Origin: a virus
Reading direction: 5' to 3' (one strand)
Length of the DNA stretch: 64,000 nt
Virus record (IMG/VR): IMGVR_UViG_3300046373_000069
Coordinates: 1 to 64,000 of that record
In this document: piece after piece, positions 1 to 10,426 of the stretch
Layout: every line of letters begins with the position of its first letter
Numbering within the stretch: the first letter of the stretch is position 1
Made by a program: the position numbers and the translations under genes
The notes under the pieces: model-generated
The model's input: the letters and a program-made list of their open reading frames with translations, nothing else
Databases searched by the model: none
Told to the model about the DNA's origin: nothing

Positions 1-215
1 AATTTGAACGACTCTCCCTCTTCTTCAATATCGTGCAAGCCCAGCTGAAATACAAGCTATAAAAATATATTCTTTGCCGCATCTTTCTGTGCGTGCTCGG
101 GTTGTGTTCCTGTAATGTTGCTGTATACTTTGGGAAGTCACACATCGGACAATGTGTCAAACTCTATTTCAAAATATTACAGGGAGCTCCCCTGTGAACA
201 CCACATGGGGGTTGT

Positions 216-488
216 ATGCCACTTAGCAAGCGCATCAATGCAGATTACGTTCCGCCTAACCTATCCAACATGGAGGAGGTCACTTATTGCCTGAACTGTG
301 TTGACCAGACATCGGGCAAAATCGGCTCCTTCGTCTTTGATGAAGCACTCTATGAGAGCACTGGCGCGCACTTCGCCATCACTGAGGTGTTCCTCACTAT
401 AGACGGACTACTAGACTACTTGCGGGGAGAAGGCTTCATAGAGCACCCTCGTGATGTCATGCTGACGGTAAGACGAGCTAAGAAGTGA
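216..488 (+). CDS. hypothetical phage protein
   Basis: 90-aa ORF, purine-rich RBS upstream, same strand as neighbours. Confidence 0.6.
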   Translation: MPLSKRINADYVPPNLSNMEEVTYCLNCVDQTSGKIGSFVFDEALYESTGAHFAITEVFLTIDGLLDYLRGEGFIEHPRDVMLTVRRAKK

Positions 489-537
489 TGTGTTTGTTCT
501 TCGACAAAAGGGATGCAAAATAAATTACACGAAACGC

Positions 538-567
538 TTGACAGGGTACGGATAAGCCTAGTACTAT
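538..567 (+). promoter_or_regulatory. sigma70-type promoter
   Basis: TTGACA-18bp-TACTAT with upstream A-tract, ahead of the AGGAG RBS of ORF 651. Confidence 0.7.
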
Positions 568-650
568 CACTACATCGACTCAGCAAGCACAACGCTAAGA
601 CGAACAAACTAACCAGTTATTTTTGACACACAAACTTACAGGAGCTACAA

Positions 651-1217
651 ATGAACAAGCCAGCAAACTACGCAGTTGCCACCGCACACAAGAACGCCGA
701 GCAGAAGAAGCCGGTCAGCCTCGACCACAACAAGCGTGCGGAAGATAAAGCAGCCGATAAGGCCATGCCAGAGGCAGCGGAGAAGGCCTTGCAAGTTGCT
801 GCACAAGCCCTACACGATGGCGTGTCTAACGTCTCCAGCATCGACGCAGACATTCCTCGCATCGTCGTACGTCAGGATGTGCGTGGCAAGCAATACGTCT
901 TCTTCGTTGACTCGGAAGATCGGGCAGCAGGCACTATCGAGATGTTTGACGTGTCCACTGGCAAGGCTGAGAAGGAAACTGTGAAGGTGGAATTTTATAA
1001 ACAAGCCACCAAGCCCGTCGAGAATGTCAAGGAGAAGGACAAGGCTGTTGAAGCTGTCATCAAAACTTTTGGTGTGCAACGGGTCATTGTACGTGCCCGA
1101 CTCGTCAAAGAGGGTTCCCTCCAGCAAGACGACGAAGGTAAGTCGAACAATGTTGACGTGGACGCCTTCAAGAAGCGCTTGATTGCGGCAGTGACCAAGG
1201 CTATCATGGAAGCTTGA
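651..1217 (+). CDS. hypothetical protein
   Basis: 188-aa ORF with CAGGAG RBS, own promoter and terminator. Confidence 0.8.
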   Translation: MNKPANYAVATAHKNAEQKKPVSLDHNKRAEDKAADKAMPEAAEKALQVAAQALHDGVSNVSSIDADIPRIVVRQDVRGKQYVFFVDSEDRAAGTIEMFDVSTGKAEKETVKVEFYKQATKPVENVKEKDKAVEAVIKTFGVQRVIVRARLVKEGSLQQDDEGKSNNVDVDAFKKRLIAAVTKAIMEA

Positions 1218-1248
1218 TAGCTTGTCAACTGAAATATTCCGGACCACT

Positions 1249-1288
1249 GGCCCGCCTCCTTAACCAGGAGCGCGGGCTTTTTCTTTTG
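1249..1288 (+). terminator. Rho-independent terminator
   Basis: GCCCGC..GCGGGC stem followed by T-run. Confidence 0.8.
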
Positions 1289-1399
1289 TGCTGTCTCTTT
1301 TTATTCTTAAAATAGCGAAGATAGCGCTTGCGTTCTGTTTAGGCTTGTGAGAAGATGTCTTCATTGGCTGCACAAGCGGCCCTCAACAGGAGAACTTAG

Positions 1400-1918
1400 G
1401 TGAGCAAAAATCATGACGGTTGTGTGCGGAGCTATATTCACACAAGTGCTGCGTGGTATGGTGGTGCAAACGTTCTACGTGACGGGGTTGAAGATGAAGT
1501 AATGATTGGTATGTATGACCCAGATGGAGGCACTACGGGGGAGTTTGCGGTTCGCTGGTACAAGCTCTCAGGTAAGCTAACTCCCAAACTAGAGGCATAC
1601 GACGACGCTTGGAGCGCTTTGCTACAGTTCCAAGACGTACTTGCTATGATGGCTGAATTAGATGGTGAAGACCCATCCCCTGCCGAGTTCTGCCGAATAC
1701 TGGAAGATGCCGGTGTAAAAGATACAACTGAGAGGGAAAGCCCTTACGACAAGCCCAAAACAAGTGTGCAGGATCAACTTGTTGACGCCCTGAATGCCGC
1801 ACGCAGCCAAGTGCGACTGATGGCAAACGGGTTAGGTAAATCAGCGTCTAGTGCAGCAGACGCCTCAGCAACTCTTACTAAGATTGACGCGGCACTAGCC
1901 GCAGCGGAGACAAAATAA
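1400..1918 (+). CDS. hypothetical protein
   Basis: 172-aa ORF, CAGGAG RBS, promoter TTGCGT-17-GAAGAT at 1328-1356. Confidence 0.75.
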   Translation: MSKNHDGCVRSYIHTSAAWYGGANVLRDGVEDEVMIGMYDPDGGTTGEFAVRWYKLSGKLTPKLEAYDDAWSALLQFQDVLAMMAELDGEDPSPAEFCRILEDAGVKDTTERESPYDKPKTSVQDQLVDALNAARSQVRLMANGLGKSASSAADASATLTKIDAALAAAETK

Positions 1919-2301
1919 TGAACACCATGCAGCAAGAATTCGACGCAGTTGTGCAGCACCTCTACCGCCAAGGCCGTCCATCATTCGAAGATGACCACTG
2001 CAAATATCGCACTGAAGACGGCTTGATGTGTGCTGTAGGGTGTCGCATCCCTAATGAAATGTATAAGCCTGAGATGGATAATTCGATTTCAACTGGGCTA
2101 GGCGACCTTCTTCATATGTACGATTTTCCTCAGGAAGTCTTCACCTACCAAGAGATGTTCATTCGTCTTCAAAGCATCCACGACGCTTGGCAACCTTGGG
2201 AAGTGGTTGATTCCTACCACTTCAGCGACCTAGTGCCACAGCTCAAAGCCTGTGCAGAGAGCTTCGGCCTCACGTACAATGCGCCTGATAAGAGTGCTTG
2301 A
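1918..2301 (+). CDS. hypothetical phage protein (CxY..CAVGC motif)
   Basis: translationally coupled ORF; motif recurrent in phage accessory proteins. Confidence 0.7.
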   Translation: MNTMQQEFDAVVQHLYRQGRPSFEDDHCKYRTEDGLMCAVGCRIPNEMYKPEMDNSISTGLGDLLHMYDFPQEVFTYQEMFIRLQSIHDAWQPWEVVDSYHFSDLVPQLKACAESFGLTYNAPDKSA

Positions 2302-2356
2302 CAGTCGCTAACAATCACACTAACATAAACACATCAACAAACATAAGGAGGGTGCT

Positions 2357-2581
2357 GTGAAACTTACTGAAAAGATCATAGACGATATCGCTAATATTGT
2401 TTCCCCGCCGGGCGCGACGATGGCGGCACCGGCTGACCTGAGTGCCCTGAAGAGGTTCAACGAGTGGAGTGGTGAAGGTGGGGGAGTTTACGAGCGTGAG
2501 GATGGAGAATATGTGCTGCTCGCCGACGTGCAAGCCCTTCTCGCCGCCCATCAGCCAGCTACCCAAGCGGAGGGCAAATAA
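2357..2581 (+). CDS. hypothetical protein
   Basis: AAGGAGG RBS, promoter TTGACA-17-TAACAT at 2298-2326. Confidence 0.65.
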   Translation: MKLTEKIIDDIANIVSPPGATMAAPADLSALKRFNEWSGEGGGVYEREDGEYVLLADVQALLAAHQPATQAEGK

Positions 2582-2582
2582 T

Positions 2583-3806
2583 ATGCAGTTCCAATACAGC
2601 AAAGACGGCGTAGTGACTCTGGTTGGCAATGAGAGATCTCTCATTGTGCACGACGTCCCCGCCTCGCAGCAATCCCCGGCGCGTAGCGACAAGGAGGCAG
2701 AGCGCGAACGCATTCAGCGCCTCGCAGAACTGCACTTCTACGCGCCGGGCGCGCCCAGCATGGACGAGCGCCTGTTCCGGTTCGCAAAGGCGTTGCTCGC
2801 ATCCCAGTCCACTCCCGCAGGGGAAGCCCAAGAGCGCCTGCTGCTGGCCGTCGAGCGCCTCCAGAACATCCGCGACACCGCCTATTTCCATTCTGGCGAA
2901 ATTGGCGCCCTGTACTACCGCAAGGCAGAAAATGCGCTGGCCGAAATCGAAAACCGCGACGCCGTAGACCGTCCGGCAGAGCGCGCCCCAAGCGGCGAAA
3001 GCTATTTCGACGAACAGCAAGTCATGGACTGCTGGCGCCTTGCTGCCGGCGACTGGCGCAAGTTCGCCAATGACATCGAACGCCGCGCGCTTCACGCCGC
3101 CCGCCGCGCTACCGCAGGCACTACAGCAGCCCCTACACAATACCCACACCCTGATTGTGATTGGGCGTGCCACTACCACTGTACAGAGGCGGGCGCATAT
3201 TCACCTCGTTGCGCTACAGCAGCCCCGGTCGCATGGCTGCTGCGCGAGGCTGGCGAAACCACGATCACGCAATGCCATGACGCCGCTGAACATGCGCTCC
3301 GAATCGGTGGCGAAGTCGTGCCGTTGTTTCGCGCTACCGCAGGCAATGCCGCACAGGTATTCCGCAGCGACGACGGCCGCGAAATCACGAAGGTCGGCGA
3401 CGAGTACTTCGGCGACAAAGGCGGCAACGGCCTGTTCCGGCGTGTAGCAGGCAATGCCGCACCTGTTGAGATCGGAGCACTCAACCCTGACGTGCTGGTC
3501 CTGCTCCGCATGCGCTCACCGCAAGCCAACGGAAAGAACGTGCATGTTGTGCTTCGGAAACCCCTCCACTGCGAAACTATCGAGGAACAGAATATACACG
3601 ATAAATTTCTGTACGAGGAGCACACCTGCCCGACCAACTGGATGGGTGTCGAAGTGCTGATTGACGGCGAGGATACCGACCCTCATGGCTTGTTTGAGCA
3701 CGTTCAAACCGTAGAAATGCCGGACGAGGAGATCGACTTGGACAATATCACCGTGGAGGAGATTGCCGAATTGTTCAGTGAGTTTAAGGCTACCGCAGGC
3801 AAGTAA
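2583..3806 (+). CDS. GC-rich mosaic protein with repeated ATAG(N/T)AAP linkers
   Basis: ATG at 2583 after GGAGGG; visibly higher GC than flanks; internal DNA repeats. Confidence 0.7.
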   Translation: MQFQYSKDGVVTLVGNERSLIVHDVPASQQSPARSDKEAERERIQRLAELHFYAPGAPSMDERLFRFAKALLASQSTPAGEAQERLLLAVERLQNIRDTAYFHSGEIGALYYRKAENALAEIENRDAVDRPAERAPSGESYFDEQQVMDCWRLAAGDWRKFANDIERRALHAARRATAGTTAAPTQYPHPDCDWACHYHCTEAGAYSPRCATAAPVAWLLREAGETTITQCHDAAEHALRIGGEVVPLFRATAGNAAQVFRSDDGREITKVGDEYFGDKGGNGLFRRVAGNAAPVEIGALNPDVLVLLRMRSPQANGKNVHVVLRKPLHCETIEEQNIHDKFLYEEHTCPTNWMGVEVLIDGEDTDPHGLFEHVQTVEMPDEEIDLDNITVEEIAELFSEFKATAGK

Positions 3807-3910
3807 ACAACACTATTAAAACACTCGACAAACCTCTCTTGTAAACTGTCAGCTTCCATGTAGAATGAGGTTTATTGCCCTGCCCACACATTCTTTAAAG
3901 GAGACTTAAA

Positions 3911-4114
3911 ATGGAAACTGACAAAGTGCTAATCAAAGTGGTTCTGTGGATTGCTATTCTCGTGTTTTGCTACAACCTGATGCCTGCTGAAGATATTGTC
4001 ATCGAAAGTAAATCCGACTACGTAGGCACCACAACGACGGCGAAGGACGCTTTTGGGACTCGGACATGCCGGTTGGTGACGATTGGCGATACTTCGCGGA
4101 TGACGTGCAGCTAA
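3911..4114 (+). CDS. small membrane protein
   Basis: AGGAG RBS, N-terminal hydrophobic helix, promoter at 3839-3866. Confidence 0.65.
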   Translation: METDKVLIKVVLWIAILVFCYNLMPAEDIVIESKSDYVGTTTTAKDAFGTRTCRLVTIGDTSRMTCS

Positions 4115-4224
4115 AACACTTGTAATTAACTTGGAGAAGGTATGAAACCATTTACTGTTGAGTTTACACTGCGCAGCGTTATTATGGCAGATGCCATTGA
4201 AGAGCAGCTTTGAGGGAAAGTGAG

Positions 4225-4554
4225 ATGAACAAACCACTGACAGGCCCCTATTACGGATTGCACGAAGAAATGTCTCCAGACGACTCTCGACAAACTGAAT
4301 GGGCAGAACAACGAGCAACGCGCGGCTTTGACAACACTGAGTTGTGGAACCTCGACATCACTATTGCAAAGTTTATTCTTCCTCGCTTGATAGCTTACAA
4401 AGAAGTAAGCACTCATACGGACGATAAAGGTATTGATAAGATGATTGTTGCTTTCGAGGCAATTGTTAATGGGGACTGCTTCAACAGCATGCCAGAGGAA
4501 GTGGAAGAGGGCTTGAAAGTGTTTCATGAGAACTACTTTAGGTTGTGGCTATGA
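4225..4554 (+). CDS. hypothetical phage protein (RGFD..ELWNLD..IAKFILPRL motif)
   Basis: motif recurrent in lytic phage accessory genes; start moved to ATG 4225. Confidence 0.65.
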   Translation: MNKPLTGPYYGLHEEMSPDDSRQTEWAEQRATRGFDNTELWNLDITIAKFILPRLIAYKEVSTHTDDKGIDKMIVAFEAIVNGDCFNSMPEEVEEGLKVFHENYFRLWL

Positions 4555-4871
4555 CGCCCCTAGACAGCCTCCTCCGAAGCTCCTTCGAGGATTGGGCAGA
4601 ATCACATTGGGCAGAGGGCCTTAATTGTTATTGGGACGAAGACGAACAAGAGTTCTCAGACGGTCATGTGCAGACAACGTGGGAGGGGTACAAAGAAGCC
4701 ACTCGCAAGCTCCTTGAAAGCCTCGTGCTAGGTGTGGAGGCTACAAGAGAGGGCGCTGCTGTGGTGCTGATGGCTAAGGTGAAGGATGTTACGTTGGTGT
4801 TGAAAAGCGAGTATGTGGCTGTAAACAAACCTATCATCGGATGGGCTATTTCCCCTAAAGAGGTTAGATAA
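4551..4871 (+). CDS. hypothetical protein
   Basis: ATGA-coupled to upstream stop. Confidence 0.6.
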   Translation: MTPLDSLLRSSFEDWAESHWAEGLNCYWDEDEQEFSDGHVQTTWEGYKEATRKLLESLVLGVEATREGAAVVLMAKVKDVTLVLKSEYVAVNKPIIGWAISPKEVR

Positions 4872-5086
4872 TGAAAAACACAAAAATTGACGTAGCTATG
4901 CGCAAGGCTTTCCAGCTTGGCGAAGCCTACAGGGTGGCTATGAAAGGGCATGACATCGCCGCCGCAGACATCGCTTGGGCAGACTTTGAAGCCTACATCA
5001 CAACAACTATGCTAGACGAGAATGGCGACACGAACATGATTGACGAGGAGAATGAGCGCAGGAAGCGGTTTGGGAGGATGCGGTGA
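4871..5086 (+). CDS. hypothetical protein
   Basis: coupled ORF, GAGG RBS. Confidence 0.6.
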   Translation: MKNTKIDVAMRKAFQLGEAYRVAMKGHDIAAADIAWADFEAYITTTMLDENGDTNMIDEENERRKRFGRMR

Positions 5087-5318
5087 CAATCCTAGAAATG
5101 ATTGCAGAGTGGCGTAAAGGCTGCTCCAACGCAGGACACATGAATTGCACAAGTGTGGCTACTGCGCAGAAGTATTGATTGACATTATTGAGAGGAAGCT
5201 TAAGAATGAAGTCGAGCATACACGGGCTCAAGGGCGACAACGGTAGGGATGAAGTGATTGGTGTTGCTGTCGTATTCGTCTTTTTAGCAATCGTGGGTCT
5301 ACTCATTTGGGGCTTGGT

Positions 5319-5546
5319 ATGAACACGCTTGATCTAGCACCACTGGAAATTCTTCTCAGTAAGTACAGTCCGCGCACACGTAACAGGATTGACTTTGGCA
5401 GCATGGGCCACAACGCTTTCTACCACAACGTTGACAGCAAAGACAATCCGTTTCCTCTGGATAGCAAAGCAGGGAAATCATGGGATAATGGATGGTGGGC
5501 AGCATGGGAAGGCTGGCAAGATCACTTGAACGAGGACTGGCAATGA
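5319..5546 (+). CDS. Rmf/CrpP-like small protein (tentative)
   Basis: G..AF...NPF......SWDNGW motif. Confidence 0.4.
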   Translation: MNTLDLAPLEILLSKYSPRTRNRIDFGSMGHNAFYHNVDSKDNPFPLDSKAGKSWDNGWWAAWEGWQDHLNEDWQ

Positions 5547-5881
5547 ACGAAACACTAAAGATTGAACAAGCATACTACAGAGCCATCGGTGTCGCTTCGC
5601 TTTACAAGGACTATCCAGAGGACGGCTATGACTGTCTGGTAGACCTACGAGGCAATCAGCTTGAAGGCATTCTCTTCAGCGATGTTCAAGGCTATCGTGT
5701 TATGCGCCGCGAAGAGATTAATGTGGAGTTTTACCCAGACCGTGTATATGCTTGGCACCCTGACGGCACTACAGGCATTCATGTGTATTACACAGATGAG
5801 CAATGGAAGAGTAAGCTGTGGGTGCTGAATTCTGCGATTGTGCAGGCTGCTACGCAGAAGCTTGAGAGGAACATCGTATGA
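5543..5881 (+). CDS. hypothetical protein
   Basis: ATGA-coupled, GAGGA RBS. Confidence 0.6.
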   Translation: MNETLKIEQAYYRAIGVASLYKDYPEDGYDCLVDLRGNQLEGILFSDVQGYRVMRREEINVEFYPDRVYAWHPDGTTGIHVYYTDEQWKSKLWVLNSAIVQAATQKLERNIV

Positions 5882-6089
5882 ACAAAACACAATTAACAAA
5901 GCTGCTGATTCGCTCGGCAGACAATAAAGATATCCAAGTGGTGATGCTTCCACCGGGCTATACAGTTACTGCTGGCTACACTCTGACAGGCTGGGAGGAA
6001 GAGCATGTTGACTTGCTCAACCTTGTGGAGCGGTATTTGACCCGCAAGCAAGAAGCGCACTACAACTACAAATAACTAAGGAGAACTGT

Positions 6090-6476
6090 ATGACACCGTG
6101 GGAAAAGACAGCACAGGCGAATGCCGCCTTGCAGAAAGCTACGCAATACATCGGAAAGATTGGTCGAGTGGAGGCACACTTCACGCCCTACACTTACGGC
6201 AAATTACATAGCCTTGAGATTAACACTCAAATCTGTCATCAAGAGTCACACTCTGCACAAAACTACTGGAAGTGTGTGGAGTTTGATGATGCTCTGGCAG
6301 AGGTTGTGCGGGAACAGTTTGCAGACCTTGCAAAGCTTGCTATCCTAAAGCTTCAGAAGCAGTACAGTGCTGCGCGGCTGGCTGAGAAGGATAGCTTGTT
6401 GGCGCAACTGGCAGAGATTGAGCGCATTGAGAATGACGAGAAGGTTAAGGCTGTTTTGAGTAATCTTGGGAAATGA
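6090..6476 (+). CDS. hypothetical protein
   Basis: TAAGGAG RBS, 128 aa. Confidence 0.7.
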   Translation: MTPWEKTAQANAALQKATQYIGKIGRVEAHFTPYTYGKLHSLEINTQICHQESHSAQNYWKCVEFDDALAEVVREQFADLAKLAILKLQKQYSAARLAEKDSLLAQLAEIERIENDEKVKAVLSNLGK

Positions 6477-7286
6477 CATGAACGAAGAACAACTGAAGCA
6501 AGCCTTGCAAGAGGCTTTCAATTACGGCCAGAGGGTAGGCTGTAGCGATGGCATGGGGCCATTTATAACGGATGCTCGGCAGCTTAAGTGGGACATTCTT
6601 GTGCAGAAGTGGTTGGATGTGCTGCTCAATGATGGGAATTGCGAAGGGTGCGATGGAGGATGCTTTAGCTGCCCTGCTAGGGAAGATGACTACGAATGAC
6701 TGACTTCTACAAAGGGCAAGTGCTTTTAGTCTGCAACCAAGGCACAGCCATAACTCCACAAACTATTAAGGTAACTATACAATGGGTTGCACCAGACCGA
6801 GTACACTACACGGTGGAAGGCGATCCGAAGATGCGAGAAACTTCAATCGAACGATTTACCAACATTGCGAAGATCAAATGAACAAAAACGACAGCATTAC
6901 ACTGAAAATGCTAATCAACCAACGCTGTTATGTACTTGCCGCATATTGGGAGAATAAAGCGGACTACGAAGAGTTAGAACTTGCAGAGACACGGCTGAAC
7001 GCATTCATCGACAGCTTAATTAAGAGTTCTGAATGATACTAATCTATCCACAGCCGCCTCTCGGCATAAAGTACATGCTCGGAAATGAAAGCTGGTTAGA
7101 ACCTGACAAGCGCACTCCGTTGCGCCTACACTGCGAAGAGTGGGGCAACCTAGGGCCTCTGGAGCTTGATAGGGAAATTCCTGTGAATGCTTCCGGGTTT
7201 CGTGTACGATGCACTACGATTGAAGCGCCGGAGGGCGTGACAGGATTTATGGAGAAAGCTGGGAAGTATTACTGGACGAGTGAGAA

Positions 7287-8042
7287 ATGAGCAACACAGT
7301 ATTCTTCGTGCAGAACAACCTAGTCGAACACCTCACCGCCCCCGTTGCAAAGTTTGCCCACATCAATGGCTACGAGATTATCGACAGGTCTTCCACATCC
7401 TCTATGATTGTGGACGATTGCGGAGTTGATTGGAATGCGTATAGCTCAGTGTTTATTTATGGGAGCGTTCAGTTTCTCCGCAAGGCTAAACAATCGAGCC
7501 TGTCTAAATACGTGCAGTATGACGAGAAAGCATTCTCCAACGAGCTTTGGGAGTTTGTCTTCCAGAATGAGCTTCTTAATTGTGGCGGCTCTGTGTGCAA
7601 GGCTTCTGAGATTACGCTGTCATCCCCTATACATATTCGCCCTCTGAACGAGGACAAAGCATTCACTGCAAAGGTGTTCGATAGTGAAAGTTGGCAGGCT
7701 GTGCAATGTGCCCTATCGCCCGATCTGCTGTGCTGGGTTAGCCCTGTCAAGGGCATTGACGCAGAGTGGCGCTGCTGGTTTATTGGCGGGGAATTAGTAG
7801 GGGCTAGTCAGTATCGTGAAGACAACGCTATGAAGGTGGTGAGGGGCGCTCCTGAACATGTTTTAGCATATACTCAGGATATAGCATCTCATTGGCTTCC
7901 TGCGGAGTGTGTTGTAATGGACGTTGCGCTGACACTGGAAGGATTAAAGATTGTAGAGTTTAATCCCATACATTGCTCAGGGTGGTATGCAGCAGACGTG
8001 GAGAATGTGCTTCAAAGGTGGGTTGAATTTGTGGGGAAGTGA
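7287..8042 (+). CDS. ATP-grasp domain protein (DUF4343/R2K-like)
   Basis: IRP..EDKAF, EWRCWF..GELVGASQY, VMDVA, IVEFNP..CSGWY motifs. Confidence 0.8.
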   Translation: MSNTVFFVQNNLVEHLTAPVAKFAHINGYEIIDRSSTSSMIVDDCGVDWNAYSSVFIYGSVQFLRKAKQSSLSKYVQYDEKAFSNELWEFVFQNELLNCGGSVCKASEITLSSPIHIRPLNEDKAFTAKVFDSESWQAVQCALSPDLLCWVSPVKGIDAEWRCWFIGGELVGASQYREDNAMKVVRGAPEHVLAYTQDIASHWLPAECVVMDVALTLEGLKIVEFNPIHCSGWYAADVENVLQRWVEFVGK

Positions 8043-8044
8043 CA

Positions 8045-8094
8045 GCGCCGCAACAGAGCTTCCTTTACGGGGCTTTGTGCGGCGTTTCGTTTTT
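8045..8094 (+). terminator. Rho-independent terminator
   Basis: GCCGCAACAGAGC..GCTTTGTGCGGC stem then T-rich tail. Confidence 0.65.
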
Positions 8095-8352
8095 GTGAGG
8101 GATTGGAAGGGCTATGCAGGAAAGGAACTGGGGGAGAATTTCAAATTTCGCCCTGCTCCCGAAATCCAAACTTGATGGTATGCCACCGAAAAAATTGATA
8201 AGCTGTCTAGGAAGTTTTCCCAGATTTCCCCGCGTACACCCCGCAGCCCACCCCGGAGTTGACAGAAATCAACGAAAGTTGCTGGTGTGAAACTTAAATG
8301 TTACAGGCGCGTCTGGATTATCTTCGCGGACGCCCTCCCGAAGTTCACTTAC

Positions 8353-8382
8353 AGAATACATCCTCTGTGGTGAACACGTCAA
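8353..8382 (-). promoter_or_regulatory. leftward sigma70-type promoter in non-coding region
   Basis: on - strand TTGACG-18-TATTCT with AT-rich UP-like element. Confidence 0.55.
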
Positions 8383-8869
8383 GCGTTATTTAGCAAAATC
8401 CTTAAAAATCTTTTCCGGCCTAGCTGGCGTCGGCTACCTGTGTAGCTGCTAGGCTGGATCAACTTCTAAGGGCGGGCTTTTGAGCCTGTCTAGATCGCGT
8501 CTGGTATGAATCCCTATCCGCTGTCCTGTTCGGTCCTCTCCGGCCTTCCTGGCGCGTTTGCGGGGCACCCTGCGCTGTATTCTGTGCTGTCCTCCCTGTA
8601 GCTGGCTGTTTAGGAGTTCTTTCTATGCCTTGCTAGTTTTCTGTTGCTTGCTTCAGTAGGTACAGAGTAGGGCATATCTCCAGTGCTGGATATGGCGTGC
8701 GCGGCAAGATACATAGAGAGACGATAGGAAGGTTCCTATTCACTGTTACAACTTCGTGCAAAATAATTTGAGAAAGAGCTTGCATATCCATAGGAACCCT
8801 GTAGAATTCAATACATGGACGGAGCGCAAGCGAAGTCAAATCGAAACACAACACACAGAGGAAAACATT

Positions 8870-9061
8870 ATGCGCAAGCTCACAGCAAAGACTAAGTACA
8901 AATATCACGAAGACGGTTATGCAATCATCTACGCATGCCGGAAAGGTACTACTAAGTTTGTTCCTGCCTTCACTTGCCATGAATCGTGCATTCCGCTGAT
9001 TCTGAAGGCTCAAAGTTTTGATCTGGAGAATGTTGTTCTTAAACCATACGTGGAGGCTTAA
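8870..9061 (+). CDS. small early protein
   Basis: GAGGA RBS after promoter 8780. Confidence 0.65.
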   Translation: MRKLTAKTKYKYHEDGYAIIYACRKGTTKFVPAFTCHESCIPLILKAQSFDLENVVLKPYVEA

Positions 9062-9308
9062 TCATGAAACTGCCAATCTATGACAATCGCACTCTTGTCG
9101 GCCATGCCTCCAGCGTGAAAATTACGCCAGCTTTCCGGGCTAAGCACTTTACGCTGTGGGTTCGCTCTCTGTCTAACGCCAGCTTTGAGCTTAAAGAAAA
9201 ATCTGCTATCACTGGAGATGCTAACGATAGCGGGTACATCCTCATCGACAAGCGCGAACAGAACATTGCTCGTGGTTTTGCTTGAACCAAAATTGATTAG
9301 GGGGCATT

Positions 9309-9611
9309 ATGCAAAAGCACACTTTCGACATCGCATTAGATAGCGGCGAATTCTTCCAGCGTTGCACCGATGAAGCTGGCAAGGAATACGAGATTGCCGC
9401 ACCGTTCAAAGCTTATGATGAGCTTGCAAATGGCTTTAAGTGGTCTATGTCAGTGAAGCACAAAGGCCAGCGCAAGTATCACGCTAAGAGCGTAGTTACA
9501 GCAAGCGTATATGGTTTGCTGGATTATGTCCGCGCTGAGTTCGTCGGTGGTGCAAGCGCACAAGTGATGCTTCAGACTACAGACGTTGAGCTTAATTTCT
9601 TTCTTGCTTGA
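9309..9611 (+). CDS. hypothetical early protein
   Basis: 100-aa ORF with G-rich RBS. Confidence 0.65.
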   Translation: MQKHTFDIALDSGEFFQRCTDEAGKEYEIAAPFKAYDELANGFKWSMSVKHKGQRKYHAKSVVTASVYGLLDYVRAEFVGGASAQVMLQTTDVELNFFLA

Positions 9612-9982
9612 GGCAATCATGCTAAACCACATCGACGGATTTTCCATCACCAACACAGGCTCCAGCCCCGACCGCCAAGGGGGCCGCTATCCTGCTGCTG
9701 TGCGGGTGTATCATTGGGGCAAGCTGCTAGCCTGTGTGGAAATCAACACACATCAGCCTCTTAAGTATATCCGCGAAAGGCCGCGTTCACGCCACACACA
9801 GAGCCTTATCGGCCAGCTTAAGGGGCAAGGCGTAGCAGATGAGACTATAGCGGAGCTACTTAGTGCTGCTGTTACAAATTAAATCAAAAGAAAAATAAGA
9901 AAGAGCTTGACTCGCAATAGGAAGTAGGCGATACTGGAATCACTGAGACACACAAACAACCACTTACACACAGGAGCTTATC

Positions 9983-10426
9983 ATGACCACCACCTTCACT
10001 TCTTCCGACGACATCATCAACGTTTCCGACATCACCGACCGCGTAGAAGAACTGCGGGACGAATTGGAAGCGCTGGAGCAGGACGTTACCGAAGCCAACG
10101 AAAGCGGTGCAGCTACTGAGCATGCCGAAGCTATGAAGGCTCTTGCGGACTGGCGCGGCGAGAACGCCGAAGAACTGAAAAACTTGGAAGCCTTGCTCTC
10201 CTCCCTGTGCGGCTACGGTGGCGACCACAAATGGGAGGGCGACTGGTATCCTGCAACGTTGATCCATGAAGATCATTTTGAATACGCTATGAATGAAATG
10301 TTGGAAGACATCGGCGCGATTCCTAAAGACATTCCTGAGTACCTCACCATCACGGTTAATTACGATGCACTGAAGCAAGATTACTCGGAAGTGGGATTTG
10401 ACGGGAACACGTTCTACTATCGTTGA
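9983..10426 (+). CDS. acidic ArdA-like antirestriction protein / DNA mimic (putative)
   Basis: very D/E-rich; C-terminal IPKDIPEYL.ITVNYDAL resembles the ArdA C-terminus; own strong promoter. Confidence 0.55.
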   Translation: MTTTFTSSDDIINVSDITDRVEELRDELEALEQDVTEANESGAATEHAEAMKALADWRGENAEELKNLEALLSSLCGYGGDHKWEGDWYPATLIHEDHFEYAMNEMLEDIGAIPKDIPEYLTITVNYDALKQDYSEVGFDGNTFYYR

